Notes under the pieces: generated by a model | Database searches by the model: none | The model's input: the letters and a program-made list of their open reading frames with translations, nothing else | What the model was told of the DNA's origin: nothing | Shown: positions 1-12,410 of the stretch, one piece after another | Position numbering within the stretch: the stretch's first letter is position 1 | Layout: each line of letters opens with the position of its first letter | NCBI GenBank assembly: GCA_963766715.1 | Contig: CAVYBH010000014.1 | Coordinates: 32,001-96,000, forward strand | From: an uncultured delta proteobacterium | Lineage (GTDB): Bacteria; Myxococcota; Myxococcia; Myxococcales; Anaeromyxobacteraceae | Direction of reading: 5' to 3' | Length of the DNA: 64,000 nt | Program-made: the position numbers and the translations under genes

Positions 1-966
1 CCATCACCGCGTCGGGCACGCCGTTCTGGCGGGCCGCGGCGACGACGGCCGGATCCCACGGGTCGAGGATGACGTCCCGCTGCGCGGCCACCAGCTCGAG
101 GTCGGTCTTCCCGGCCGCCTGGGTGAGCCGGTCGGCGTCGTAGAGCAGCACGCCCAGGTAGCGGATGCGCCCCACGCAGGTGTGGAAGCAGGCCGGGGCC
201 TCGCCGGCCTCGAGGCGCGGGTAGCAGAGGATGCACTTCTCCGACTTCCCGGTGGACCAGTTGAAGTAGATCTTCTTGTACGGGCAGGCCGACACGCACA
301 TGCGCCAGCCGCGGCAGCGGTCCTGGTTCACGAGCACGATGCCGTCCTCGCCGCGCTTGTAGATGGCCCCCGACGGGCAGGCGGCGACGCAGGCGGCGTT
401 CAGGCAGTGGTTGCAGATGCGCGGCAGGTAGAAGAAGACCATCCGCTCGATGCCCTGCAGCTCCTGGCGCTCCGCCTCCGAGAGCCCGGCCAGGTTGGGA
501 TCCTGCGCGGCGTAGACCGGCGAGCCGGAGAGGTCGTCGTCCCAGTTCGGGCCGCTCCGGATCTCCATGGGCTTGCCGTCGAGCAGCGGAGATCGGGCGC
601 GCCGTGGGCTGGTCGTTGCCGGCCGGCGGCGCTGAACAGGTTCCCGTAGTCGTAGGTGAAGGGCTCGTAGTAGTCGTCGAGCACCGGGAGCAGCGGGTTC
701 GAGAAGATCCGCGAGAGGCTGGCGATCCGGCCGCCCTGGCGCAGCTTCACCCCGTCGCCGTCCCGCTTCCAGCCGCCCTTGTACTGCTCCTGGTCCTCCC
801 AGGAGCTGGGGTAGCCGGTGCCGGGCTTGGTCTCGACGTTGTTCCACCACGCGTATTCCATGCCGCGGCGGTCGGTCCACTGGTTCTTGCAGGCGACGCT
901 GCAGGTGTGGCAGCCGATGCACTTGTCCAGGTGGAACACCGTCGAGATCTGAGAGCGCACGTTCAT
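1..966 (-). CDS. narH: Respiratory nitrate reductase beta subunit (runs off the left edge; frameshift near 590-630)
   Basis: [30 protein letters not shown]...[10 protein letters not shown]. After the shift the other frame reads [24 protein letters not shown]...[15 protein letters not shown]...[11 protein letters not shown] (Fe-S Cys clusters). Confidence 0.95.
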
Positions 967-979
967 GGCGTGTCCCCGG

Positions 980-3900
980 TCAGTACTGCGGCGCGCCGGC
1001 CAGCTTGCGCACGCGGATGAAGGTGTCCCGGTTGTTCCCGGTGGGTCCCCAGTAGTTGAGGGCGAAGGTGAACTGGCCGTAGCCGCCCAGCATGAGCGTG
1101 GGCTTGAGCCGAACCCGCGTCAGGCTGTTGTGGCCGCCGGCCCGCTTGCCGCCGCGCTCCGGGCTCCTGGGCACGCCGATGGTCCGCTCCGGCGCGTGGT
1201 AGAGCAGGCACAGCCCGGCCGGGATGCGCGCCGAGACCACGCAGCGCACCACCACCACGCCGTGGTCGTTCCAGGCCTCGACCCAGTCGTTGTCCTGGAG
1301 CCCGATCCGCGCCGCGTCCTGGTCGTTCACCCAGAGCGGATGGGTGCCGCGGGAGAGCGACAGCATGCGGAGGTTGTCGCCGAAGGTGGAGTGGATGCCC
1401 CACTTCCCGTGCGGGGTCAGGTAGTTGAGCTGCAGGCTCTTCTCGGCGCTGCCCGACGACGTGAGGTCGCGGACGACGTCGGCCGACGGCTTGGGCTTGT
1501 AGGTGGGGAGCGACTCCCCGAAGGCGATGAAGCCGGGGTGGTCCAGGTAGAAGTGCTGCCGGCCGGTGAGCGTCCGCCAGGGGACGAGCCGCTCCACGTT
1601 CAGGCAGTAGGCCGAGTAGGTGCGGCCGTTTCCGGTGATGCCGGTCCAGCACGGCGAGTCGATGAGGCGCCGGGGCTGGCGGGCCAGGTCGGCGAAGGTG
1701 GTCCGGACGTTCCGGCTCCCGGCCACGAGGTCGGTGAGCGGCAGCCCGACCTTCTTCTCCTCGGCGGCGAAGGCGCGGAAGGCCGATTCGCCGTTCGTCT
1801 CCGGGGCGAGGTGCAGGATGACGTTGGCCGCGTCCTTGGCGTTCGCGATGGACGGGTAGCGGACGCCGCCCCATTCCTCCCGGGCCCTGTCGCGGACCAG
1901 CTCGTCGTAGAGGTCGTCCACCGGCCAGGTGATGCCGTGGGCGCCGATGCCCTGGGTGCGCACCACCGGCCCGAACGACTTGAACCTGTTGGCCAGGTTC
2001 ACGTAGTCGCGATCGACGTAGGAGAGGCCGGGCATGGTCTTCCCCGGCTCCGGCTCGCAGTCGCCCTCGGCCCAGTCGCGAAGCTCCCGCTGCGCCATCT
2101 CGGCGGGGGTGTCGTGCTGGAGCGGGCGGGTGACGATCTCCCGCACCGGGTCGGGCAGGTGCACCTGGGCGAGCTCGCTCACCTTCTCGGCGATGGCCTT
2201 GAAGATGTCCCAGTCGCTCCTCGACTCCCAGCAGGGCGGGACCGCCGCCTGCAGGGGGTGGATGAACGAGTGCATGTCGGTGGAGTTGAGGTCGTCCTTC
2301 TCGTACCAGGTGGCCGCGGGCAGGATGACGTCGGAGTAGAGCGCGGTCGTGTCCATCCGGAAGTTGAGGTCGACGACCAGGTCGAGCTTTCCCTTCGGGG
2401 CGGGCTCCCGCCAGGCCACGTCCTCCACCTCGCCCTTGGCCGTCTCCGGGGCCACCGTGTTCGAGTGGGTGCCCAGGTAGTGGCGCAGGAAGTACTCGTG
2501 CCCCTTGGCGGACGACATGAGGGCGTTGCCTCGCCAGATGAACCAGAGGCGCGGCCAGTTGGCCGGCGCGTCCGGGTCCTCCACCGAGAACTTGAGCTTC
2601 TTCTCCTTCAGCTGCGTCACCACCCAGGCGCTCACCTCGGCGTCGGTCTTCGCGCCGGCCGCCTTCGCGTCCTTCACCACCGCGACCGGCGTGCGGTCGA
2701 ACTGGGGGAAGAAGGGAAGCCAGCCCATGCGCACGGCGCGGGCCTGGTGATCCATGGTGTGGCGGGTGGCGAAGGCGCTCGGCCCGGGCAGCGGGTTCAG
2801 CTTCTCGTCCTCGCCGGCCCGCTCGTAGCGCCACTGGTCGGAGTGGACGTAGTGGAAGCTGGGCGCGTTCTGCAGCCGGGGCGGGCCGGCCCAGTCGAGC
2901 GCGAAGGCGAGCGCCGACCAGGGCGCCACCGGCGCGAGCTTCTCCTGCCCCACGTAGTGGTTGAGGCCGCCGCCGTTCTTGCCGATGCACCCGCAGAGGA
3001 CGAGGCCGGCGATGGCGGCGCGGTAGGCGTGGTCGGAGTGGTACCACTGGTTCACGCCGGCGCCGATGATGACCGAGCACTTGCCGCCGGTCTTCTCCGC
3101 GGTGGTGGCCCATTCGCGGGCGAAGCGGATCACCTCGGCGGCGGTGACGCCGGTGAAGGCCTCCTGCCAGGCGGGGGTGTAGGCCGCGCCGGCGTCGTCG
3201 TAGCTCGCCGGGTAGTCGCCGGGCAGGCCGCGGGAGACCCCGTACTGCGCGAAGAGCAGGTCGTAGACGGTGGCCACCTGCACCACGCCCTCGAGCGTCT
3301 CGACGGTGCGCACCGGCACGCCGCGCATCGCCACCTTGCCCGAGGCGTACTCGTCGAAGGCCACCTGGGCGACGTCGGGGGTGGCGTCGAGGAGCGTGGT
3401 CCGGGCGTCGATCTCGCGGCCGTCGACCCCGTCCTTCATCTCCAGGTTCCACTGCCCCTTCTCGTGCTGCCAGCGGAAGCCCAGCGTGCCGCGGGGCATG
3501 CGGGGCGCCCCGGCGGCGCCGTCCCAGACCAGGAACTTGAAGTCGCCGTTCTCGACGTCCTTCGTGCGGGCCAGCTGGCTCGCGCGCAGCATCCGGCCGG
3601 GGCGCAGCGCGCCGTCGCGCGTCTCCAGCTCCACCAGGAAGGGCGCGTCGCTGTAGCGGCGCACGTAGTCGAGGAAGTACGGGGTCTGCTTCTGGTGGTG
3701 GAACTCCTTCAGGATGACGTGGTCCACCGCCAGCCAGAAGGCGGCGTCCTGGCCGGCGTGGACGGGGATCCACTGGTCGGCGTACTTGGACGTCATGCTG
3801 AAGTCGGGGGAGAGCACCACCAGCTTCGCGCCGTCGTGCCGGGCCTCGGCGGCGAAGTGGACGTCGGGGGTGCGGGTCATCCCCAGGTTCGAGCCCATCG

Positions 3901-4604
3901 AGACGATGAACTTCGAGTGATACCAGTCGGCGCTCTCGGCCACGTCGGTCTGCTCGCCCCAGACCTCCGGGGACGCGTTCGGCAGGTCGCAGTACCAGTC
4001 GTAGAAGGAGAGGTTCACGCCGCCCGAGGAGCTGCAGGAAGCGCGAGCCGGCCGCGAAGCTGAGCATCGACATGGCCGGGATGGGGCTGAAGCCGATGAT
4101 GCGGTCCGAGCCGTGCTTCAGGATGGTGTGGATGGTGGACGCGGCGGTGAGCTCGAGCACCTCGTCCCAGGAGCTGCGGCGCAGCCCGCCCTTGCCGCGG
4201 GCCTCCTGGTAGCTCTGCCGCCTGGCGGGGTCGTCCACGATCGACGCCCAGGCGGCCACCGGATCGGTGTGGTGCTTGCGCGCCTCGCGCCACAGGTCCA
4301 TGAGCACGCCGCGCAGGTACGGGTACTTCACCCGCAGCGGGCTGTAGAGGTACCAGGAGGCGGAGATGCCGCGCTGGCAGCCGCGCGGCTCGTAGGCCGG
4401 GACGTCGCAGGAGATGCGGGGGTAGTCGGTGGCCTGGGTCTCCAGCGCGACCACGCCGTTCTTCACGTGGATGTTCCAGGAGCAGCCGCCCGTGCAGTTC
4501 ACGCCGTGGGTGCTTCGCACGACCTTGTCGGTCTGGAAGCGGTTCCGGTAGATCTCCTCCCAGCGCCGCTCGTCCGGATCGAAGATGTCCTTCACCCAGC
4601 TCAT
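980..4604 (-). CDS. narG: Respiratory nitrate reductase alpha subunit (one frameshift near 4020-4030)
   Basis: N-terminus [35 protein letters not shown] (FS0 motif), then [52 protein letters not shown]. No Tat motif. Confidence 0.96.
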
Positions 4605-5113
4605 CGGGAGCCTCCGTCGTGCGAGGGGTACGCGCGGGCGATCAGGCGGGCCCGGGAGCGCGGCTTGCGCCGGCGCGAGTTCGCGGCCAGCCCGGCGAAG
4701 AGCAGGAGCGCGACGAGCGCTCCGCAGGCCACGAAGTGCAGGGTGGCGGCGGGCGGCCCGCGCTTCGCGGCGGGGATGAGGAAGGCGGCCAGGTCGGCCC
4801 GCTCGGCCTCCGTGAGCGCGTGCCCGTCGTAGACGGGAACCATGGTGGGGAAGGGGAGGGTGTCGAGCAGCCCCAGGAGCGCCTCGGTGTCCATGCCGGC
4901 GAGGCTCGTCGAGAGCTCCGGGCCGAGCGTGGCGGTGAAGGGCACCCCCTCGCCGCCGATGGCGTGGCAGGCGCCGCAGGGGGCGCCTCCGGCCTGGAAG
5001 GCGCGGGCCCCGATGAAGAGGGCCCGGCCCGTTTCCGCGGAGGGCTCGGCGGCGCCTGCGACGGAGGCGACACCGACGAGCAACGACAGGAAGCCAGTCC
5101 GGACGGCACGCAT
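4601..5113 (-). CDS. Membrane-anchored monohaem c-type cytochrome upstream of narG
   Basis: Signal peptide, CGACH, GPELS, FPTM (putative Met ligand) and a C-terminal TM helix. Its stop overlaps the narG start (ATGA). Confidence 0.85.
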   Translation of the reverse strand: MRAVRTGFLSLLVGVASVAGAAEPSAETGRALFIGARAFQAGGAPCGACHAIGGEGVPFTATLGPELSTSLAGMDTEALLGLLDTLPFPTMVPVYDGHALTEAERADLAAFLIPAAKRGPPAATLHFVACGALVALLLFAGLAANSRRRKPRSRARLIARAYPSHDGGSR

Positions 5114-5130
5114 GGGATCCCCCTCCCTCG

Positions 5131-5688
5131 CTACGCCGCACCTTCACCGTGGCGCTGCGCCAGCTCCGCCGCAAGACCCTTCAGGGCGTCACCCCCCGAT
5201 GCGACCTGCACTGCCTCGAAGGCGGCACAGTCGCGGTCCACCCGGGCGAGCGCCTCCACGTGCAGCCGCTGCCGGGCCATCGGGTAGAGGATCTGGTCCT
5301 CCTTGCGGATGTGGCTGCGGAGGAGCTCGGCGTAGCCCCGGGCGGCGGCGACGGCGGCGTCCCGATCCGCGTCGGTCCAGGGAGCGGGCTGGGCGGCGCG
5401 CTCCGCCATCCTGCCGACGAAGGCACGGCCGGACGCGTGGTCCATGAGCATGACCGCGATGGGGCCGGACTCCTGCGGGAAGCCGGCCGCCACCATGGCC
5501 CGGAAGAGGATGTCCTCCTCCTTGCCGTGGTGGCGCGCGTCGGCGAACTCGCGGATGAAGCGGACGAAGCGGCCGAGCTCGGCCTTGTCCTCGTCGCCGC
5601 GGGAGAGCTTCGCGGCGAAGGCGTCGAGCGCGTCGAGGGAGCGGAGGATGAGCTGGTGCTCGTCCATGAGGAGTTCGATGGCGTCCAT
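5131..5688 (-). CDS. Hemerythrin/HHE domain protein
   Basis: [23 protein letters not shown] and [11 protein letters not shown] di-iron ligand pattern. Confidence 0.9.
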   Translation of the reverse strand: MDAIELLMDEHQLILRSLDALDAFAAKLSRGDEDKAELGRFVRFIREFADARHHGKEEDILFRAMVAAGFPQESGPIAVMLMDHASGRAFVGRMAERAAQPAPWTDADRDAAVAAARGYAELLRSHIRKEDQILYPMARQRLHVEALARVDRDCAAFEAVQVASGGDALKGLAAELAQRHGEGAA

Positions 5689-5726
5689 AATGGATAAGTC
5701 TATCCAGAATCCCGATTGTGTGTCCA
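5689..5726 (-). promoter_or_regulatory. Putative sigma70 promoter of the hemerythrin-nar operon with an overlapping inverted repeat
   Basis: Minus strand reads TGGACA-N18-TAGACT-N8-ATG. The inverted repeat TGGATA-N4-TATCCA at 5691-5706 covers the -10. Confidence 0.5.
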
Positions 5727-5768
5727 GGGGGATGTGTCTCCGGCGCGGGATCGGTTACCTTGGGCGGC

Positions 5769-6176
5769 GTGAACTTCTCCGCCTCCACCACCCACGCGCT
5801 GCGGGCCACGGCCTGGCTGGCGGCCCACGCCGACGGCGAGGCGGTGCTGGGGCGCGACATGGCGCGGAAGCTGAAGATCCCGCCCGACTACCTCTCCAAG
5901 GTGCTGGCCACGCTGGCCCGCAGCGGCGTGCTCACGGCGGCGCGCGGGGCCAAGGGCGGCTACCGGCTGGCCCGGGCCCCGGAGCGGATCAAGCTGGTCG
6001 AGGTGGTGACGCCCTTCGAGGGCAAGCGCGTGAAGGCGGGCTGCCTGCTCCGCCCCGACAAGCCGTGCCGGGAGACCGGCGCGTGCTCGGCCCACGTCTC
6101 CTGGGGCGGAGTGAACCAGGCCTACCGGGAGTTCCTCGAGAAGACCACGCTGGCCGACATCCGGGACCAGCACTAG
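5769..6176 (+). CDS. Rrf2 family transcriptional regulator with three Cys (probable Fe-S)
   Basis: IPPDYLSKVLATL..ARGAKGGYRLAR wHTH; GCLLRPDKPCRETGACSAH. Confidence 0.9.
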   Translation: MNFSASTTHALRATAWLAAHADGEAVLGRDMARKLKIPPDYLSKVLATLARSGVLTAARGAKGGYRLARAPERIKLVEVVTPFEGKRVKAGCLLRPDKPCRETGACSAHVSWGGVNQAYREFLEKTTLADIRDQH

Positions 6177-6189
6177 CCAGGAGGCCCAC

Positions 6190-6543
6190 ATGGCGCTGCC
6201 GATGGCCACGAGCGAGACGACGCTTCCGGCGTCCGAGTCGCTCCGCTTCGAGGACCTGATCGCCTACGCGCCGCACGGCATCGCGAGCCGCGTGCTCGCC
6301 AAGACCGGCGGCGGCAACGTCACCCTCTTCGCCTTCGAGAAGGGGCAGGGGCTCACCGAGCACACCTCCCCGTTCGACGCGCTGGTCTTCATCCTCGAGG
6401 GCGCGATGACCCTCACCATCGGCGGCGCGCCGGTGAAGGCGCCGGCGGGCGGGGTGACGCGGATGCCGGCCGGGATCCCGCACGCCCTCGAGGCCGAGGA
6501 GCGCACGCGGATGCTGCTCGTCATGCTGCGCGAGCCGAAGTAG
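6190..6543 (+). CDS. Cupin domain protein
   Basis: VTLFAFEKGQGLTEHTSPFDA...MPAGIPHALEA. Confidence 0.88.
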   Translation: MALPMATSETTLPASESLRFEDLIAYAPHGIASRVLAKTGGGNVTLFAFEKGQGLTEHTSPFDALVFILEGAMTLTIGGAPVKAPAGGVTRMPAGIPHALEAEERTRMLLVMLREPK

Positions 6544-6625
6544 CCGGCCCGGTCCGTGCGAAGGGCTCCGCCCGCCGGTATGAGCCCCTCCATGGCGAAG
6601 CCCAGCACCGCGATGGCAGGAGAAG

Positions 6626-7582
6626 GTGGCGCCCGACGAGGAGGAGCGGTTCGCGAGGTACGCCGCGGCCTTCGAGGAGATGCAGCGGCGCAAGTCGGAG
6701 CGCTTCGGCCCGGGCCGGGCGCTCCACCGCAAGCAGGTCCTCGGGATCGCCGGGCGGCTCGACGTGCTCCCCGGCCTTCCGGAGCACGCCCGCCACGGGC
6801 TCTTCGCCCTGGCGGGGCCGCACGACGCCTGGGTGCGGCTGTCGAACGGGAGCGCCGATCGCGCCCCGGACAAGCGCCCCGACGTGCGCGGCTTCGCCGT
6901 GAAGGTGCGCGGGCTGCACGGCCCCGGCGCGCTGGGCGGCGAGACGACGTGCCAGGACTTCCTGCTCATCAATCACGCGGCCTTCGCCTTTGCCCGGAGC
7001 GACGAGTTCGTGGAGCTGGTCCTCGCCGCCGGGAAGGGCGGGGGAGCGCTCGCCGCCCACGTCTTCCGGCGCTACGGCCTCGTCGGCGGGGCGAAGTTCC
7101 TGGCCCGGTTCGCCCGCAGCATCGGCCGCCCCTTCAGCGGCTTCGCGACCGAGAAGTTCTACAGCGCCGCCCCCATCGCCTGCGGTCCGTACGCGGCCCG
7201 GGTCCGCATGCTGCCGGCGAGCACCACCCCGACGCCGGGCGCGAACGAGGACTGGGCCGCCGACGTGCTCGGGCGCCTGTCGAAGGCCGATCTCACCTTC
7301 GACCTCCAGCTGCAGTTCTTCACCGACGAGCGGGTCACGCCCATCGAGGACGCCTCCGTCGACTGGCCCGAGACGGAAGCCCCGTACCTGAACGTGGCCC
7401 GGCTGGTCCTGCCCCGCCACGAGCCGGCGTCGGGGGACGCCGAGCTGTCGCGGCGCATCGAGGGCGCCGTCTTCGACCCGTGGTCGGCGCTCCTCGACCA
7501 CCGCCCGCTCGGCGATGTGATGCGCACCCGGAAGGTGGTCTACTTCTCGAGCGAGAAGGTGCGGGGAGCGGTGCCGGGCTAG
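6626..7582 (+). CDS. Short catalase-like haem protein
   Basis: RALHRK (distal His), VRLSNG, RGFAVKV, DFLLIN, RPLGDVMRTRKVVY (proximal Tyr). Confidence 0.75.
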   Translation: MAPDEEERFARYAAAFEEMQRRKSERFGPGRALHRKQVLGIAGRLDVLPGLPEHARHGLFALAGPHDAWVRLSNGSADRAPDKRPDVRGFAVKVRGLHGPGALGGETTCQDFLLINHAAFAFARSDEFVELVLAAGKGGGALAAHVFRRYGLVGGAKFLARFARSIGRPFSGFATEKFYSAAPIACGPYAARVRMLPASTTPTPGANEDWAADVLGRLSKADLTFDLQLQFFTDERVTPIEDASVDWPETEAPYLNVARLVLPRHEPASGDAELSRRIEGAVFDPWSALLDHRPLGDVMRTRKVVYFSSEKVRGAVPG

Positions 7583-7608
7583 AGGCGGTCGCCATCAAGG
7601 GGGAACGG

Positions 7609-7968
7609 ATGAACACTCGAGGGTGCAAGGCCCGCGCACGGGTGCGGTTCTTCATTGGCGCATTCACCCTGCTGGCGCTCGCAGGCGCAGGGGTCGCAGA
7701 GGAACCGGCTCAGGTCATGGTGGTGACGGGGACGCCGCCGGGCGCCTGCAAGAACCTGGGCAAGGTGACGGGGATGACCCAGCGCAGTCCTCTGGACGAG
7801 ACCGGGGCGATGAATGACGCGATGAAGCAGGCCCGGGATTTCGGCGCGACGCACTTTCGTTACTATTCCGAATACTCGGGCCAGAGGGGATCCTCCACGT
7901 GGATCTACTTTGGCGTCGCCTACCGCTGCCAGGCCCCGAAGCCTCCTGCTGCGGGCGGCAGCAAGTAG
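7609..7968 (+). CDS. Small exported hypothetical protein (DUF4156/RcsF-like alpha-beta fold possible)
   Basis: Signal peptide, CKNLGKVTG...A.KQARDFGATH...GVAYRC. Lower GC than its neighbours. Confidence 0.55.
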   Translation: MNTRGCKARARVRFFIGAFTLLALAGAGVAEEPAQVMVVTGTPPGACKNLGKVTGMTQRSPLDETGAMNDAMKQARDFGATHFRYYSEYSGQRGSSTWIYFGVAYRCQAPKPPAAGGSK

Positions 7969-7970
7969 GC

Positions 7971-8781
7971 TCAGGGCGCGGCGACGGTCACCTCGCCCAG
8001 GCAGTGCTCCACCACGGCCCGGATGGTCTCCTCGGGCCGCTCGAACGGGAAGGCGTGCCCCACGCCGGGCAGCTCCACGAGCCGCGCCCGCGGGATCATG
8101 CGCGCCAGCCGGCGCGAGTTCTCCACCGGCACCAGGCGATCCTGGTTCCCGCTGAGGACGAGCGTGGGGATGCGCAGCTGCGGGAGCCGGTCCTCCGCCT
8201 CGTGCCGGGCGATGGCCAGGATCTGCCGCCGCGCCGCCGTCCGCCGGGGGTGGCCGAGCTTCTCCAGCCACTGGACGAAGCGCCCCCGGTTCGCCGGCCA
8301 GGAACTCGTTCGAGACCAGCAGGCGCGCCATCCGCCGCGGGTTGCGGGAGGAGAGGGTCACGAGCAGGAGGTCGCGGGCCACGCCGAGGCCGGGCTTGTG
8401 GCTCCGCAGCTGGCTGCCGAAGGTGGCGCCCAGCACGAGCGAGCGGACGCGCGACGGGTACTGCAGCGCCAGCTCCTGCGCGATCATGCCGCCCATCGAG
8501 ATCCCGAAGACGCTGGCCTGCGCGATCCCCGCCGCGTCCAGCACGCGGGCGGCGTCGTCGGCGAGGTCGCGGATGCGGAAGCCGCCCGGAGAGGGGGAGG
8601 ACGACCCCATGCCCCGGTTGTCGAAGACCACCACGTGGAACCATTCGGCGAGCCTCGTGGGAAGCGTGTCCCAGGCGTCGGAGCCCATCCCCAGCCCCAT
8701 GATGAGGAGGAGCGGCGGCGCCCCCGGATCGCCGAAGGACTGGTAGTGGATGCGGTAGCCCGGCTGCTCCACGAAGGCCAT
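7971..8781 (-). CDS. Alpha/beta hydrolase (frameshift near 8290)
   Basis: FDNRGMG and GISMGG nucleophile elbow. The C-terminal frame gives PTLVLSGNQDRLVP...GVGHAFP. Confidence 0.88.
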
Positions 8782-8784
8782 GCG

Positions 8785-10184
8785 TCAGCGCCCTCCCGCC
8801 GCGCTGGCCTTGGCCGCCAGCGCCGTCAGCTCGGCCAGCGCCGCCGGGATGGCCTTCGCCAGCACCGGCAGGTCGCGCAGCGCCTCCGCGTCGCCGAGCA
8901 GGCCGATGCCGATCCTGCCGTCGTAGCTCTGGATGGCGATCCCGAGCGTCTGCCCCTGCGCCAGCGGGACGAGCGGGTACCACTCGAGCATCTTCCGCCC
9001 GAGCAGGTAGATGGGCTGCTGCGGCCCGGGGATGTTCGTGACCACCAGGTTCATGTAGCGGAAGGTGGACTGGAAGCGAGCCACCTGGGCGAGCAGGGCC
9101 GGCGGCGCGAAGTCGCCGAGGTGGGTCCAGGCGAGCGCGCCCACGGCCTGGCCGCTCTCCTTCAGCGACTTCATCTCGCCGGCGACCGCCCGAAGCCGCT
9201 TCCAGGCGTCGGGCTCGCCCACCGGCAGCGCGCAGAAGAGGGCGGTGACGCGGTTCCCCAGCGCCCCCGGCGAGTCGTTCCCCCGGACGGAGACCGGGAT
9301 GAGCGCGCGGATCTCGGCGGGCGGCGGCTCGTCCCGCTCCTCGAAGAGCTGGCGGAGCGCGCCGGCGACCACCGCGAGGAGCACGTCGTTCACGGTGCCG
9401 CCCAGGCCGGCCCGGACGGCCTTCACCTCCGCCAGGTCGAGCGACACCATCTCCCAGCGCCGGTGCGGGCCGATGGGGCGGTTGAGCGAGGAGGGGGCGC
9501 GCGCCCCAGGCGCGAGAGGCCGAGGAGCGGCTTCAGCCCAGCCCCCAGCTCGAGCAGCACGCGGCGGGCCGGGCTCGAGGGCTGGAAGGCGCCGCGCACC
9601 AGCTGGAGCGGGTGGGTCACCTGGCCGGCGACCGACCGGGCCACGAGCGAGGCCGCGGCAGGGGCGGGGCGGGGAGTCCAGGGTGCGGGCTCGGCCGGCG
9701 CCACGTCGTCCGGATCGACGCCCAGGAGCACGGTGGCGAGGTCGGCGCCGGACACGCCGTCGAGCATGCAGTGGTGCGTCTTCGAGATGACGGCGAAGCG
9801 GTCGCCGGCGAGCCCCTCCACGAGCCACAGCTCCCAGAGCGGCCGGTCCCGATCGAGGCGCTGGGCGAAGATCCGCGCCGCCAGCTTCTTCAGCGGCTCG
9901 ACGCCGCCGGGGGGCGGCAGCGCCGTGTGGCGCACGTGGTACTCGAGGTCGAGGTTCGCGTCGTCGATCCACACCGGGCGCCCCAGGCCGAGCGGCACGA
10001 AGGCCAGCCGCTGGCGGTAGCGGGGCGCCCGGTCGAGCCGGGACGCGATGAGCGCGATCAGGTCGCGGTACGCCGGGGCCTTGCCCTCGAAGACCGCCAC
10101 CGCCCCCACGTGCATGTGGGCGGTGCGCTCCTCGATGTAGAGGAACATCGCATCGAGGCCGCTGAGCCGCTCGTACCAGGACAT
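8785..10184 (-). CDS. Wax ester synthase/diacylglycerol acyltransferase (frameshift near 9500-9540)
   Basis: RLSGLDAMFL, LDRDRPLWE, HHCMLDG catalytic motif, GTVNDV, NLVVTNIPGPQ. Confidence 0.92.
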
Positions 10185-10187
10185 GGA

Positions 10188-10635
10188 CTACTTGTAATAG
10201 CCCACCGCGCAGACCTGGTCGCCCACCTTGGTGACGTAGCTCACCTTCTGGACCTGCTCGGTGGTGCCGGGGCGGTACCACATGTAGGCGACCTCGCCGA
10301 TCTTGCCCGGCTCGGCCGTCTTGTAGATCTCCTCGCCCAGCGCCTTCCCCGTCTTGTCCTTCAGGTCCTTCAGGCTCTTGCCGGTCAGGGTGGGGTGGGC
10401 GGTGAAGTTGCCGTCCGGGCCGCCGCAGAACACGTACAGGTCGCGGTCCTTGAAGCCGCCCTCGCCCTTCTGGAACATGGCGAGCGCGGTGGCCTGGTTG
10501 GCCTTGAGCGCGACGACGGCCTTCTCCAGCATGGCCTTCGCCTCGGCGGCCGTGCCGTACTCGGCGGCGAGCGCGACCGTGGCGAGCCCGAGCGACAGCG
10601 ACGGCGAGTGAACGGATGAGGTGCTTGCGAATCAT
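10188..10635 (-). CDS. Exported single Cache domain protein
   Basis: Signal peptide, [36 protein letters not shown]. Confidence 0.82.
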
Positions 10636-10798
10636 GCGAGCCTCCTTCGGCTTCTCCAGCGGGTTTTCCCCTCCGCGCACTGGCCCGGATCGTCCGGGAA
10701 CGCGAGTCGGCGAGGCCCCCCGAACTGGCGACGCCATGGGGTGCGCACGCGAGGCGGCGGGCCCGCGATATGCTCCGGTCCTGCGAAAGGCGGCCACC

Positions 10799-12404
<1,606 letters not shown>

Positions 12405-12410
12405 CGAGGG

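Noticed and set aside
980..4604. Calling the frameshifted genes pseudogenes
   Set aside because: Catalytic motifs are intact and indels are spread evenly across unrelated genes, consistent with read error.
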